Shown here in pieces: positions 1 to 13,939 of a stretch of DNA of 64,000 nt. The position numbers and the translations under genes are program-made. This DNA is from Callorhinchus milii (Eukaryota). The notes under the pieces are model-generated. The model saw nothing but the letters and a program-made list of their open reading frames with translations, was not told where the DNA came from and did no database searches. The stretch's first letter is position 1; each line of letters begins with the position of its first letter. Location: assembly GCF_018977255.1 (NCBI RefSeq), contig NW_024704742.1:3288001-3352000 (forward strand), written 5' to 3'.

Positions 1-3000
1 TCAAAAACACAGCATCAAACCAGTCAGCAAGAACTCTCTCTTGTTATCGTGTAAGAGTCTCCAATGATTTCTGCTGGAGAAGGCAAATAGGTCATCAGAT
101 GTCAAGTGTTGGGAGTGTTACTCTACTCTCTGCAGGGGTTTGAGGTTGCGTATGTTGAAATAAATATTCCAGCATGTGATGTGATCACATCGTAAGACCC
201 TGCATGAGGAGAGCTATATAAATGCAAGTTGTTGTTGTTATCGTGCACAAATATGAAACTGTTTTGAACTCACAGGCTCCTGCTTGCTGTAGGGAAGTGC
301 CTTGACTTTGGCGCAGAAGCAGGGATCAAACAGCTGTGATTAAATGCTAATGTGGTTGTTAAAAAAAAACTCATTCCTGTCCTCATCGGTTTGGAGGAAA
401 AGCATAATTAATTTATGAAGTCAAAATCTCTGGCCCTGAAGTGGGACTGGAGTCTTCACATCCTCCCACTCTCACTGACACTTTGTGTGCTATCGTGTGT
501 TTTGCTGGCAGTCTCTGGAGATTAGAGCCAGGTCATGTAAAGGTTTGAATTGAGTGGGGAGTGAAGGGGTTGGGGGTGGGGGGTGGGGGCAATTTACTAA
601 TTGTTTTAACCATTAAAACAGAGGCTTTTAACACTCTTGCTGCCTGGGGTCAAAAGTGTACAATCTCGGGACGCACTCAAAAGGATCTGACAACCTCTGG
701 CAGGCAAGAATATAGGTTTATGCTGGGCCTCAAGAGTGCGATACCCACCCAGCTCCCTGTAGCTTTTCAGTTTTCATCGCCGCTGCAAGTAACTGAGCGT
801 TGTTCAGTGCGAGGTGGCATGTTCAGTGTAAGCAGCGTTTATCAAATCAGTGGCAACACATGAGCCACGTGCTTCCCATCTGAACGTTCAAAAGGTCTGA
901 GCTGCCCTCGTCGTTTAACGCTGGCCCGAGACTAAAAGTGTAATAATCCTCATAATTGGTGGGCCATCTTTCACATGAGGCGGGCGTCCCAAAGTGCTTC
1001 ACAAGATACACCCTAAAGGGCAGTGACTGTCTTATTGCGGATTGCGGCAGCCAATTTGTGCTCAGCGACACCCTAAAAACAGCCACGAGGTGGAAAGAGA
1101 ATGGAACGTTACCCCGACCGCATCCGTACCATCACTTATGTCCGAGCTGCCTTATTTGTCAACGGCACGCACATTGTTTCACGAGACCGTTGATGAATTG
1201 ACGAGAATAAACAACGTGGTTGTACTGTTTGTGCAGGAACTTTTTGTGCCATTTTGCAGTCACGGGAACCGCTATCAGATTACGGTCTAAAGCTGCGAGC
1301 CGGGTGTCGAGAGCGGGCGAGTAAGCTGAAGAGATACTGCCTCGGCAGCAGATGACTCACTAAACTAGTGTTATTACTTTTAATAAATTGGAATTTTTCT
1401 CCCAACATACTGTTCCCTCCTACGCCCGGCCTACTGAATCAAATTCAAATCAGTAAGTAGCTCCAATTTAAATGGAATGAAGCCAGCATCTCCTGGTTGT
1501 TAGGCAACATCAAGGCAGTCGGTAAAATTGAGGCTATAGTGTTGATCGGAGTCATTACGAAGGAGCTACTCTGACCGTGTCTTGCAGAGCTCTGAACTGG
1601 TCAAGAGTCTTCCCGTGCTTTATACTACAATTATCGGTGTGGCTCACTTGTAGCTCTGGCCTTTGGTTCAGAAGGCTGCAGGGATCAAGCTCCACATTGG
1701 AACTCGTATTTGCGTTCCATCCCGTGGCTCTCTCCAACTCACTTCCTCTCTCCCCTCTTTCAAAGCGCACCTCAGAAGGTACCTCGTGTCTCATTAAAAG
1801 AGCAGCATCACCGACGATGCCGGCCCTATCTCCAGCATTGCACTGGAGCATCTGCCTAGGCCATAAGTCAAAATCCCTGACATGGGACATGAGCAACCAA
1901 CCCAGAGGCCAGAGTACCCACCAGCTGGTGCTGGGTGGCATCCCCACCTCATCTGTCCTGGCATTCCAGCACTGAGGTTCCCTACATTCCCCAAAGCATC
2001 GCTGTTTGTCTTTGTGAAATTCCGGCAGAGTTTCGGTGGTGAAGGAGGAGGGCTGCAGTCTGCTCCACTGCCCCAGCGCCAGCAATGAGCTATTGATCAG
2101 CCAGTATGAACTGAGGAAAAATGGGAGCAGCGTTCCTGCCTGAGAATGTCACATGTAATCTTCACCGACTGAATTAGAATAAGACTGTGTAGCCCCTCGT
2201 GAATCTGTACCCGCTTCTCTCGCTCTCCACGCTTTAGTTCTTCCAATGAGGGCAGTGGAATAGCTGGAAATTCTTGAGCACATTTCACCACCTGGATCTC
2301 TCTCAGATCAGTCATAAAAAGATGGCTTTGATATTTTCTTATAAATGTTGTGCGTCATTAATCCAATGCCACCTAAGTAGCTTGGAAACGCATCAGTTTC
2401 CAAACAAAAAATCTGCCTGTCTTGTCTGCGGCAGACTCAGAAGGCTCCAGGTTGAAATTTACTCAACAGACCACTGCTTGATGTTAAACTACAATTTCTG
2501 TTGTCAATGTTATTTAGGGCTTGCAAACAACCCGCAAACCAAAGTAGGACATAGTTGTTCCCTTGACAATTCTCCACAACAATTCCACAGTTTAGTTGAG
2601 GTTATTTCTGCTATCTACCCTCAGCCGTCACATCTCCTGGTGTCCTATATAATAATAATCCTTGCATTTGATGGAGCACTTTTCACGTCTTCTAGACGTC
2701 TCAAAGCGCTTCACAGAATACGCTGTAAAGTGAATTGACTTTACAGTCAATTGGGCACAGCAGTTGGTGGGATTACCCTGGCAAACAATCCCACCAAATA
2801 AAATTGGTAATTTACTTCATGGGATGTGTGTGTGTGTGTGACATTGTGTGTGTGTGTGACATTGACATGTGTGTGGGACATTGCTGTGTGCAATTGGCTG
2901 CTGCGTTCGTTAACAAAACACACAAGAGTCACACCACTTTACTGTATATGCAGTGAAGCGCTTTGAGATGTCCTCCTGAGATGAAAGGCACTCTACCAAA

Positions 3001-4057
3001 TGTAAGGATTATTATAGTTGACCTCATCTCTCCACACCTCTCACCCTGACCATCAGCCAAGCTGGAGGTGATGGGCAGGTTGGAAAGACTCCAACCTATG
3101 GTACTGTTTGCACATTGAATCAAATGTTCAGTGCTCCTCGTTAACTCTGGACCCATCCTAAGAGCACTCATCCTCCCCAGGGAAGTAGAGTGGTGTACAC
3201 TGGAACTTGTGACTCTTCCATGATGAAACCAGTTGAAGGGGGGGGTGTGCCTGAGACATCTAGCGCCAACAAGATGCACAGTCAATACAATGTATTCTGT
3301 GCAGCATAATTTCAGCGAAGCGTTTTGAGACATCTCAGCGACGTGATGAAGTGCTTGATCAAATATTATTATTATTTTATTATTATTATACTGCTTTTAA
3401 CGTTGCAGTTCTCAGGGGCTCAGAAATCACAAGTCTGGAGTGATACAGCTCTGTACAGCCTCTGGAGCTGTGAGAACACCTGAGCCAAGTGGCTTTCCAT
3501 GTCTCGGGATTGCTGACTTCGCATTCCGAGTGGAATCTCTGGTGTGCAGAAGTAATTGGAAATCTGACTTCCGCGTCTGGGGCCGGGAAAATCACCCGTT
3601 GTACAACCCTAAGTGCTCTGAGACGTAATCCCACACGAAGGTCACTATATAAACGCATGTTGTCGTTGTGGTTGTTGTTCCAGTTGCCTCTGACGTCTTG
3701 CCTCAGGTGACAAGCTAGTCGTGTATAAATGGTATTCAACACCTCAATTGTATTGTATCTGAGATCATCCGGGGGCAGTAGATCCCGAACCTTTGCGTGA
3801 AGAAAGATTTTTTCTGGATTCGCTTTTTATCAGATTAGTTCTATTGTTCACCTTCTGCCCCTTTATGATTGGATTTGCTTATTAAGAGAGATTAGTTGTT
3901 TTCTGCCTGCCTTGCCTATTCCCTTTATTATTTTAAGTGACTCTGTGGGGCGAGGGTTGATGCATTTGGAATTCAAGCAAACTTTACTGATGCCGAAAGG
4001 TACGTTTGTTTCAAACTCAACACGCAATTAGCTTAACACGGTTTTATAACCTCAGCA

Positions 4058-4192
4058 TTATAATAATAATAATATTAATAATAATAATAATAATCCTTGC
4101 ATTTGATATAGCGCCTTATCACGTCTTCGAGACGTCTCAAAGCGCTTCACAGGATACACTGTAAAGTGAAGTGACTGTGTGTTTTGTGGGTA
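4058..4192 (-). repeat. SINE 3' tail fragment, representative of roughly 30 further short copies on both strands (e.g. near 945, 2650, 2860, 8240, 16730, 20700, 25030, 30700, 33925, 39930, 46390, 52640, 59150, 60030, 63470)
   Basis: Recurrent consensus (aat)n ccttgcatttgatatagcgccttatcacgtcttcgagacgtctcaaagcgcttcacag. Confidence 0.85.
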
Positions 4193-4749
4193 AACTGTGG
4201 GGTACTGTTTGAAGATCTTTGAGTTAACATAAAAACCTTGCACATTAAGTCTAGCCGAGGCTGCGTACTGGAACATTGCATCAGTTTAGCACAAAGAGCT
4301 GATGCAAATCTCCTGTGGATTTGAACTTAAACTCAACTCTCCTTGCGGTGTCAGCAGGTCATTTCATTGAACTGATAGGCCGGTGGGAGGGCAAGGTTAG
4401 GCCAGGTTTCACGGAAACCCCTGGCAACTTGCATTATGCTCAATTCGCGCCTTTCTGACCCAAAATGAACGCATAACTGAAAGAACGGTATGGAGGTGCA
4501 AATTGCACTTTTAGCAGCTTCTGTGATTTTAACCAGGAATCAAAGGAAGTTAAACCAACACTAAACTGCTGTGCTGAACAATGTGAGCTGTGAACCCGAC
4601 AACAACTTGCACCTGCATGAAGCATGGCTGTCTCGAAAGGCTTCACAAATGTGGTAGGGAGAACCTAGCGGGCAGAATGACGCGTGTCAAAGAATTTTGA
4701 AGGCAAAGAAAGAAGGAGCAAAGGAAAGTTTTTTTTTGTAAGACGGTTT

Positions 4750-5230
4750 CAGGGGCAGTAGATGAAGGCTCAACCACTAAAGGAGGAGTAAGGAATGAGC
4801 AACGGATGGGAAACATAAGAGGGGAGCCCACAGGCAAGAGAAGGTTAGAAGAGACTGAAAGGATAGGGAGCAGTAAGACTTGGAAGAGTCGGGGTGACAG
4901 CTTTGAAGTTGACCTGCTGGTTTCGTGGAGGCTGGTAAAGGATGGAGTCATGGGTGCGTGGAGCCTGGCGTTGGAGAGAATTACAGGCAGTGGAATTTTG
5001 GACGAGTTTGTGGAGCAAGGAAAGCTGGTGAGGAGAGGACTGGAGAAGTCTATCATCGAAGTGAGAAAGTTGTACGAATGAGGGTTTTACCAGTCAAGAC
5101 ATGAGATTTTCACGTATGAGGATAATGTTTCGAAATAAAAAAAGCTGATGGACATTTAGCAGTCTGTGTGGAAGTTGTCCGTCAGACTGCTGATGAGGGT
5201 AGGGAGTGGAATCTCAATCGCTGCCTCAAG
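4750..5230 (-). mobile_element. Degenerate L2-like LINE internal fragment; a similar piece lies at about 11300-11750
   Basis: Strongly purine-rich + strand and a Ser/Leu/Pro-rich minus translation typical of decayed L2 ORF2; no diagnostic RT motif seen. Confidence 0.5.
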
Positions 5231-6089
5231 TTACCTGACAGAAACAGGCACTGACAATTCTCTCCAGCAATAATGATTAGCAAATCTAGGCTAGCTGATG
5301 AACTTAAAAAGGTTGGCTCTCGGCTTTTTTTCCTACTCCATTTCTCAGGCACCAGTGAAAGGAATGCTCTAGGATTCGGGGTCTTCGCTGGTGCAAGTGA
5401 CTACACAAATAAGTCACTACACTTGTTATAAGAGCACTTTAAGTTGGTCATTTCAACTTGATTTGCAGGTTCCTACCAGACTTTCTGACTATAATTCCGA
5501 CCTCTTAATTGAACCGGTATTACGATGCAGTATTTTTGGTATGACTATTAGTTTAATCCTGCATAGAGAGGTGGTGAGGCACTGCGGATTAAAGAGAGAA
5601 CAAACGAGAGGGATTTTCAACTGTCCTATCGATTGTAAATCAGCTTCTTAGCTAACAAAATAACTGCTGTCCTGCTTTGATAAAGAATTAAATGCCACTG
5701 TATGCATCACAGGTCGCTACACCTGAGAGCAGGATTTGGTACCTTTCTAAGACTGATGGTAAGTAAACCAGTAAATTGTTTCTTGGCAGGAAATCTACAG
5801 TAGCTGTATAATTTGCACAATGGAGCATTTGACAGCTAAACCATCAACGGCACTGCACCCTGGGGAAGTGACAGACTCGGCGTGATACAGCCAGCCAAGC
5901 ATTGATAAAACGGGATCTAAATAGGTGCATCATTTTCCTATCAAATAGCTGAGCAGCTATTTATCCGATCGAGAAAGAATAGACTCAGGCGAACCTGCGT
6001 CTCAACACACACATTACCACATTCATTGAAGGAAGGGGAAGGAGTCTTGTCAGTCAGTTAGTTTTTACTTGCGTGCTTCTCTCATGATA

Positions 6090-6476
6090 ATAATGATTAA
6101 TAATGCTTAGGTTTGATATAGCAATTTGATGTCGGGAGGATGCCGCAAAGTATTTCACCGGATTTTACTGTCTTTTGTGGGTGAACCCGGCAGCCAATTT
6201 GCGCACAGTAACGTCCCCCAAACAGCCATGGAATGAATGATCCAATTTTTGGTCAGGAAGCAGGGAGAAATTCCCTTTTCTCTTTGAATACTGGCATGGG
6301 ATCTTTAACATCCCCCTGAACAGGCAGACAGGGCCTCAGTTTAATCTATCATCTGATGGACAGCACTGGATTGGATTTTATGTCGATTTTAGACAATATG
6401 AGTTTCAAGTCCCATCGTGGGGCTCCAACCCACAACCTAATGACTCGGAGGAGAGATTACGACCGTCTGAGCCAGC
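6090..6476 (-). mobile_element. tRNA-derived Deu-type SINE (family A), near full length
   Basis: Same tail, body and head order as 38549-38976 (catgggatctttaacatccccctgaacaggcagacagggcctcagtttaa). Confidence 0.75.
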
Positions 6477-6689
6477 TCCTGAAGGTGCTGAACTTGCTGG
6501 GTCAAAGTGTGTGGGTGCCTGGCGTCAATATGCCTGGAATATCTAGGCTCATTTTCTCTCTCTCTGAATTTTCGAACATTTGCTGCCCTTTAATCCCCAA
6601 GTGCAGGTTCAGTGATATGTGTGTGTGAGGGTGGGGAGAGTGGGGTGGGGGGTAAAAACTACTCTTCAGTAAAGTGATAGATATGAAAC

Positions 6690-6890
6690 CTACACCTTTA
6701 GGAAGGACATCAGGCCATTGGAGAGGGTGCAAAGGAGATTTACCAGGATGGCACCAGGGATGAGGGACTTCAGTTATCAGGAGAGGCGAGAGAAGCCGGG
6801 ATTATTCTCCTTGGTGCAGAGAAGGTTAAGAGGAGACTCAATGGAAGTTTTCAAAATTATGAGGGGATTCGATAGGGTGAACAAGGAAAA
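6690..6890 (+). mobile_element. CR1 LINE ORF2 C-terminal fragment
   Basis: Translates LERVQRRFTRMAPGMRDFSYQERREKPGLFSLVQRRLRGDSMEVFKIMRGFDRV, the typical CR1 ORF2 C-terminus. Confidence 0.9.
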
Positions 6891-9800
6891 GCGATGTGGA
6901 AGGAAAAGCAGCCAGTGTGTGGTGGCGTGGCTCAGAATGTGGTTAGCGGTCACAAGTTCAACGTGAAAAATGGAATGAAGTACTCCTCAAACCGCTGCTC
7001 TCCTTTCTGAAAGCCCACTACCTGAGAAATCCTTGCCAACGTCACACTAAGACTGCCAGAGCCCAGTATAAGAAGGATGAGTTTTACAACTGAGCTGGGA
7101 CCAAAATATTTATTTCTGCAGGCAAGGACTAGCCCTGTGATCTTTGATTCACTAGGCAGCAATGGCAGACTGGTGTTAAAAGGTTATTGGTAACATTTAA
7201 CACATGAAAGCTGAGTAATCAGCCTTTAATCATTCAATTAACACCACAGATCATTGAAAGTGCTTTGATGGGACTGGAGTTGAATTAGTTCCTGCTCAGT
7301 TGCAGTGACGTATAAGGATTGTAGGTGGTTATGAAGATGGTGGAGGTGCTTCTAAGAAGAGCAAATTACACAGGTCCCGCGCCCCTAGAATTAGTCTGAA
7401 ATGTTAACATTATTCGCACAGAATACAATCAGGTCTGAAACGCAATGAAGGAGCATTGAAATAAATATCGTACGTTTGCACTCAATGGCAACCATGAATT
7501 ATTTTGCCAAAATATATTTAATATATTAGAGGGACTGTGCTTTAAATATCTGATTAACAAATCTATAGTCACAGTGTAATTTGGGCAATCACAGCTAACC
7601 CATCAACAGCACCACACCCCAGGGAGGTGATTGACTAACCGTGTTGTATTCAGCCAACCATTGATGAACAGAGGCTAAATAGGTGCATCATTCCCAACAA
7701 AATAATTGAGGAGAATGTCATCAGGTGCAACTGGATGTTTGATTTTTGCTGTGTTTATTCAAGGAAATAAAGGGTTATGAGTGAGTTTGTTTCCCTCTTG
7801 ATCTGCTACTCAGGATAATGGATTCAAGAAGGCGCACAGATATACTTTGGACAAGTAACAAGGGAACCAAGCTTAGACAGCTCAGGTTTAGTTTGTACTG
7901 ATTAAGACTTTCATTAAAAATACTATGTTTTGCAGTGTTCTTATGGGAACGTAAAGCACAGCCGTCCAAGGTTCCACAGTAATAACTATTGGTAAAACAA
8001 ATGATCGCAGGAATGAATAGGGCTGAAAGAAGCTTTTGAGGTCCATTTTGTACATCTCGAAACAAAACAAATCGGAAATCCTACACTGCTATATCTCACA
8101 CTTCTTCAACAAATAACTAACTAATTCCCTCTTGAGTGTACGTGCTGCAAATTAATGTAAGGCAACTTGCTGTGGTTCAGTGCTTTGTTACGGTAACCAC
8201 GGTACAAGATGTATGATAAACAACAATTCTTGCATTTGATAATAATAATAATAACCCTTGCATTTGATATATAGCATTATCATGTCATCGAGATGTCTCA
8301 AGGCGCTTGACAGGATATGCCGTAAAGTGTAGTAACTGCGTATTTTGTGGGCGAATACAGCAGCCAACTTACATGTCCCACAAACAGCCACGGAGTGAGT
8401 GACCAATTTTATTTTGGGGGTTTGTTGGCCAGGACACCAGGAGAGAGAAACTCCCTTCTCTTTTCGAATAATGCCTTAGGACCTTTAACGTCCACTTGCA
8501 CAGGCAGATGGGACCTCAGTTTATCGACTCATCTGACGGTTGCGTTGCCACATCACAGAAATGTCTCAAAGCAATTCCCAGGATTAACTGTAAAGTTCAA
8601 TGGCTGCACTTGTAGGTGAATGCAGCAGCCAATTTGTGAACAGCAGTAATGCCTCATGTAAATGATTCTTCACGTCGCACATGTCAGCCTCACAAGCACT
8701 GAAACAATGTGTGACTTCATTCCACCAACTTCATGTCATGCCAAATTTTACAGAGCCCCAAACACTGTTATAACACTGCTCCACTCTATTAAGACATGAC
8801 GTCCTGAAATTTCTTGGGCCATCTTTTTAGATTTAGAAATAACTTTCAAGGGCTCATAGTGAAGCGAGGCTTGTGAATCGAAGTCAAATGAGCCAGAACC
8901 ATCTTCTGAAGGCAAATCGAGCTGCTCTGGTCACCCCTCACCCAGTTGTTCCTGCAGCACAAACACTCTATTATGGTTCAAACTGTTGCATCTCACTCAG
9001 GAAACCAATCTTTTCTCTAGCAAATTGAAATTGATCTTAAGCCGACTCAAACTGAGATGGAGGCAGTGCCAAGTTGCTTCAGTGGCCAGCCGAGACTCAG
9101 TTGAAAACCCACCCGCTGAGGGGAATAAATGGAAAGGCCCTTGTGTTTCAGACTTGGGCTCTCAATAGGAATCCACTGAACAACTAGCCAACGCAGCATT
9201 GTCTAACTGTGAAGCGTCAATTTTTGTCAAAGCGACTGGTTAACCAATGCAGAAAGAAAAATCGATGGTGTGTCCTTATCAATATGTACTGCCGTACTGT
9301 GAGGGGAATGTATGGTACCATCTGTCTCCTGCTTCGTGAATACATCAAAATGAATTGATTTGATCCAAAGGCAGGAGACCACAGAGCATTGATCAGAAAC
9401 TGATTTTCAGGTTGTAAGCTACATTTCTAGTTCAATGATTTGAAGAATATCAGAATATCTGATTGCCCTGTGCTTCTCAGGATGTTTCAGCAGTGACTAA
9501 TCCTTTAGGCAGCAGACTCCGTGAGTAACGAGGTCTTTGACTGAATCGGATACGAAAAAGTAGAAGTTGAATCATAAGTGTAAACTACCTACTCTGGGCT
9601 GAAAATCAGTCATTTTCGGTCTGTCATGAAGACCCATTACTGATCTTATAATAATAGTAGTAATTAATTCTTGCATTTGATGTTGCGCATTTCATGTAGG
9701 GACAATGATGGCAAACATGCAGCCAGTTTGCACACCGCAATGTCCCAAAACAGCTATGAAGTGAAGGACCAATCTCTTTTCCCTTCTCTTTTCGAATCGT

Positions 9801-12800
9801 GCTATAGGATCTGAACAGGCAGAAGGGAATCTCAATAAAGAATATCCAGAACAGTTGGATTAAATAAATAATAATTTACTATTCCCAGGTGAGACTGCCT
9901 AAAGTATAAGTTAGATAAGCCGAGCAACCTGTTCTTATTATATTTGTAAAGAAATTAGAATTCTATATTGCAGCAGAGGATACGTGAAGGTTTTGATCAG
10001 AGTGTTAAAGTTCGATAACATCTCCTGAAGCATAGTTGCCAGTTGTTCTTGGTCATTACATTGAGAGGTTCACGCCTGCTGGAAAGCAGAAGTGTGTCAT
10101 ACTGACCTGCAGGATCAAACGAGGACTTCAGATGAAAAAGGCCTGTCGGCCCATTTGATGTCATCCTTCCAGAACACCCACCCTACTGTCTACTTATCAC
10201 AACATCAAACTGTATATTTAAATGAGTCTAGTGTCTGGCCTTCACCAGTCTTACTGGTAACCTGTCCCAGATGTTAATTACCCTCCGGGATAGAGAAATA
10301 CTTCCTGATGTCTGTCCTGAAATTGCCTTTGCAACTCTAAACCTGTTCATTCCTCATGCCTTCTTGTGCAATGTTCTCTTAAACCATTACAGCTTTCTTT
10401 TACTCAATGAGGCTGCTTGCAACTCAGAGTCTGGTAACCTTGTGCACAAGAAACTGCAGTGCGATCAAGAAGTGTGGAATGGTTTGTATGTAAATTTAAT
10501 ACTAAATCGTTCAGTTTCAGAATCTATGGTTTGCTTCTTTAGACTCATTCCAATTTTGGTCTTTGGATGTAAAGCTCCAACCCTCTTTTTTCCAGAAGAG
10601 AAACTGCCTGGAGATTGTATTGCATGTGGGAAAAAGTGCAACATGTACTTTCCTTACCTGAAGATAATGAGGAGCTAAGATATAAGTTACTCTATTACAC
10701 AGAGGCACCAGTGGAGACTCCATTCTTCCTGTTGCCCCTGTACAAATAGGTCCATTTCAAGCATACAGGATACTAACCTTGGTTTGATGTTGAGCTAAAA
10801 CCAATAGAAATTCACACACAATGCAATGGGCATTTGCAAAGAAAAAGTCAGGAATGTAAAGGCAAATTGAGGGACATTCCCAGTAATTCAGAGCACGTTG
10901 GAACATCCCATCTCCTTTAGAATTGAATAAAAGACATAATAATGAAATGCAGGGGAGCTGCTCTGATATTCTTAACGTGTGTGACCAGAGCATAGATGTG
11001 TTTTAACTCTTGTACTACTTGTTGTAATTTGAGTCATGTATTTGGACTTCTAACTGGGGGCTCAGCACATTGTCAGGAAAGGACTAGACTTGTTCCCCAA
11101 TAGCCTGAGGCCACATTTATGAATGAGCCTCACAAAAGATTTATGAATCAAAGCTTTATCCACCTTAATTAGTAATCCGGGTTAAAGGCTGGTTAAAAGG
11201 CCTCTGGCTATCTTGCTGACTGATAAGTCAAAGAAGAGGGAGGTTCATACTGACAGAGAGAGACTGGGCTTTCTTTTTAAGGTACAATAATTCTGCGACC
11301 TTGAGTCAACCATTAAATCAACAAATGACCTTAGCAAATGCCTNAAAAAAATTGAGAGAGGTGGGGGATGAGATAGAAGGATTTCGGAAAGAGTTTCAGT
11401 GCGTTGGGACAAAGCTTGCCCATGGTTGGGTGGGGCGAGAGGGCAGAGGGCATGAAGTAGGTCGACGGAGAGAGTTAGGGGAAGTTGGGTTGCTGAAGAT
11501 AGATTGGGGCAAGGCTGTCGAGGCATCCGAGGCTATAGACGAGGTTAAGGCTACCAGACAAAAATGTAAAAGAGAATGCTGGTCGTTTGGGGCAGAAATA
11601 CAAAGTGGTTTTGAGAGAAGGTTGTGTGAAAGTAATTGACGGAGGTTGGGAGGGGGTGGGGGGCGTGTGGGTGAAGGGGTGAGGAACAGCATTTGAAAAT
11701 ATAGACTTTGTGTTATCTTACAGGATTAGACATGAGGCAAACGAGGGATGAGGAGATTCATGTGAAGCACCACTTAAGTGGGGATATAAGAGTCAATCTG
11801 TATTGATTTAGACTGTATGGATTTACTCGGGATTAACCCATGTCAGTCCCATTGCTTTGCTTATTTACAAACCTGTCAGTGATTCGGAATGGGCCTGTTT
11901 TAATTTTTAAACTGAAGCTTAAAGTCTGAGGATAATGTCTATGTCATGACCCATATGTTGCCGAGTAATTCACACAAGGGACCAGCACTGTGTAAAACGC
12001 CTGGGGAGCCACATCTAAGGGTCAGAGTGGGTTAGCTCATTTTAAATGTAGAGTGAATCTAGTTTTACAGCAGGATCCTCCCTAGAGTTGGGCATAGGAA
12101 TTTCTCAAACGGGAATAATCTCCTTGTCATTGTTTGAGACGCCAAATTTCTTTCTCTTGGTTTCTGCCTTCTGTTTAGGTGTCAACCTGGATCAGTTGGT
12201 AGTACTCTTGCCTCTAAATCAGAGGGCGACGTGGCTGGCTACAAACCCCATTTTGGTCTTTAACCCTCCCACCACCCCTCCCATTCCCCCCCCACCTTCC
12301 CTCCCGCACCCCCCGCCAGTCCAGGCTGACACTCCATCGCAGCGCGAGGGACGTGCTGCGGTTGTTGGAGGTGCTGTCCTTCGGGTGGCGTGTTAAACCG
12401 AAGTCCAGCTGCCTGTTCCGGTGGACGTTAAAGATCCCACTGGATTATTTCTTTCAAACGTGGGGCAGGTGTTCTTTTGAATGGTGCAGTGTGTCATTGT
12501 CACCCCTAGGATAAAGAAATGGCAGATGAGCTGCGGTGTTTGATCTGAAATGCGAAGGCACATCTTGACATGGATCCCTCAGCGCCGTCTGTAATTACCT
12601 CGGAGGATTGCAAAAACACACATCATGTTTCACTGAGCCCCTGAAATCTTTGCTCGCTAATTCCATTGGGTCACACAGGCGGGTTTGTAAGTGCCCTGCA
12701 AGGCCAACGGGTTTGTCAAATTCAAATACGAAACTTTCAATCTGTACAGGATGTACAAGGAACGGAGGTTGTGTAAAGGGCACGAGGCTTTGTAAAGTTA

Positions 12801-13558
12801 TATATGTGAATGTGAGGACAAAATCTTCTTACTCACCTGTGAACCAGTGGAGATTCTCACAAGTGCAATACGTTTATATTGCAGTGGAGGGAAATAGCAC
12901 CACAACCGAGATTCAATCCATTTTAGAACATCTGGAATTTGACAAACTGTTCAGTCTTAAAGTCGAAGTTAGTTTTGTTTGTGGTTGTAATAAGAACTTA
13001 CGGAAAAACACGTGTAAAAATTTAGGCTGTAATTAAGAATTTGCCGCGTTTGAAAGAGTGCACACATTGCCGGAGAGCAGTTTAGGTAAACAGAGTACAG
13101 ACTCGATAAGCAGTCTAGGATGAAATGCGTATGCTCTCCCTGGAGGGAGGCATCCTGCTCTCGTAATTCCAGAGAGTATTAGGCACAGGTTGGCAAGAGC
13201 AAAGCTCGGGGACGCCAGAGTGTGCTGGAGTTTAATCAGCTAAAATCGCATGGCACAGCTTGTCATTGAATGCATTGTTTAGAAAGATATTCCACAGCTT
13301 GGACCACCCGACTCATTAGGACTTTGGCTTGCATGGTTAACAGGAGCCGAGTGGGAAGAATTCCTGCTCCCAGTGACCAGTCTGCCTCTCCCAAGTTCTC
13401 CAAGATAGATAATAGTATCCTAAACAACAGGGAGGAAATTCAAGTGTTTTCATCAGCATTAGCAGAGCACCTAGATGTGTTCAGTCCTTCATATTGTTAT
13501 CGCTGTCTGTCGGTACAATTGAGTCCTCTTAACAGCCCATGAGGAATTTTGCAGGTTG

Positions 13559-13559
<1 letters not shown>

Positions 13560-13594
<35 letters not shown>

Positions 13595-13939
13595 TAATAA
13601 TAATAATGATAATAATAAACATCTTTGCATTTGATATAGCACCTTATCATGTTTCAAAACATTTCACAGACTGTACTGTAAAGTGAATTGACTATACATT
13701 TTGTGGACGAAACGCAGCAGCCAATTGCACACAGCAGCGTCTCACAAACCTTCGTGGATTGAGTGACCAAATACTTATTATTTTTGAAGGGGATTAGTAC
13801 CCCCGGAAAAGCGATCTGCCAATCGACTAACAACCAGGTATCCACTTACTGCTAGGTAAGTGTTTCGTCCTGCCAGGAATCGAACCCAGGTCCTCTCGCT
13901 CATGAGCTGAGTGCTCAAACCACTGAACTGCAGGACTCC
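13560..13939 (-). mobile_element. Family B SINE with long (TAA)n tail
   Basis: (TAA)n at 13561-13617, shared tail, core cccccggaaaagcgatctgccaatcgactaacaacc, head aggaatcgaacccaggtcctctcgct...caggactcc. Confidence 0.85.

Noticed and set aside
1555..2088. Overlapping ORFs of 176 aa (-) and 132 aa (+)
   Set aside because: No recognisable domain or splice-phase link to UNC5C, and the region includes a SINE head remnant; consistent with chance ORFs.
11344..11344. Single ambiguous base n
   Set aside because: Assembly ambiguity inside a decayed LINE; no biological meaning.
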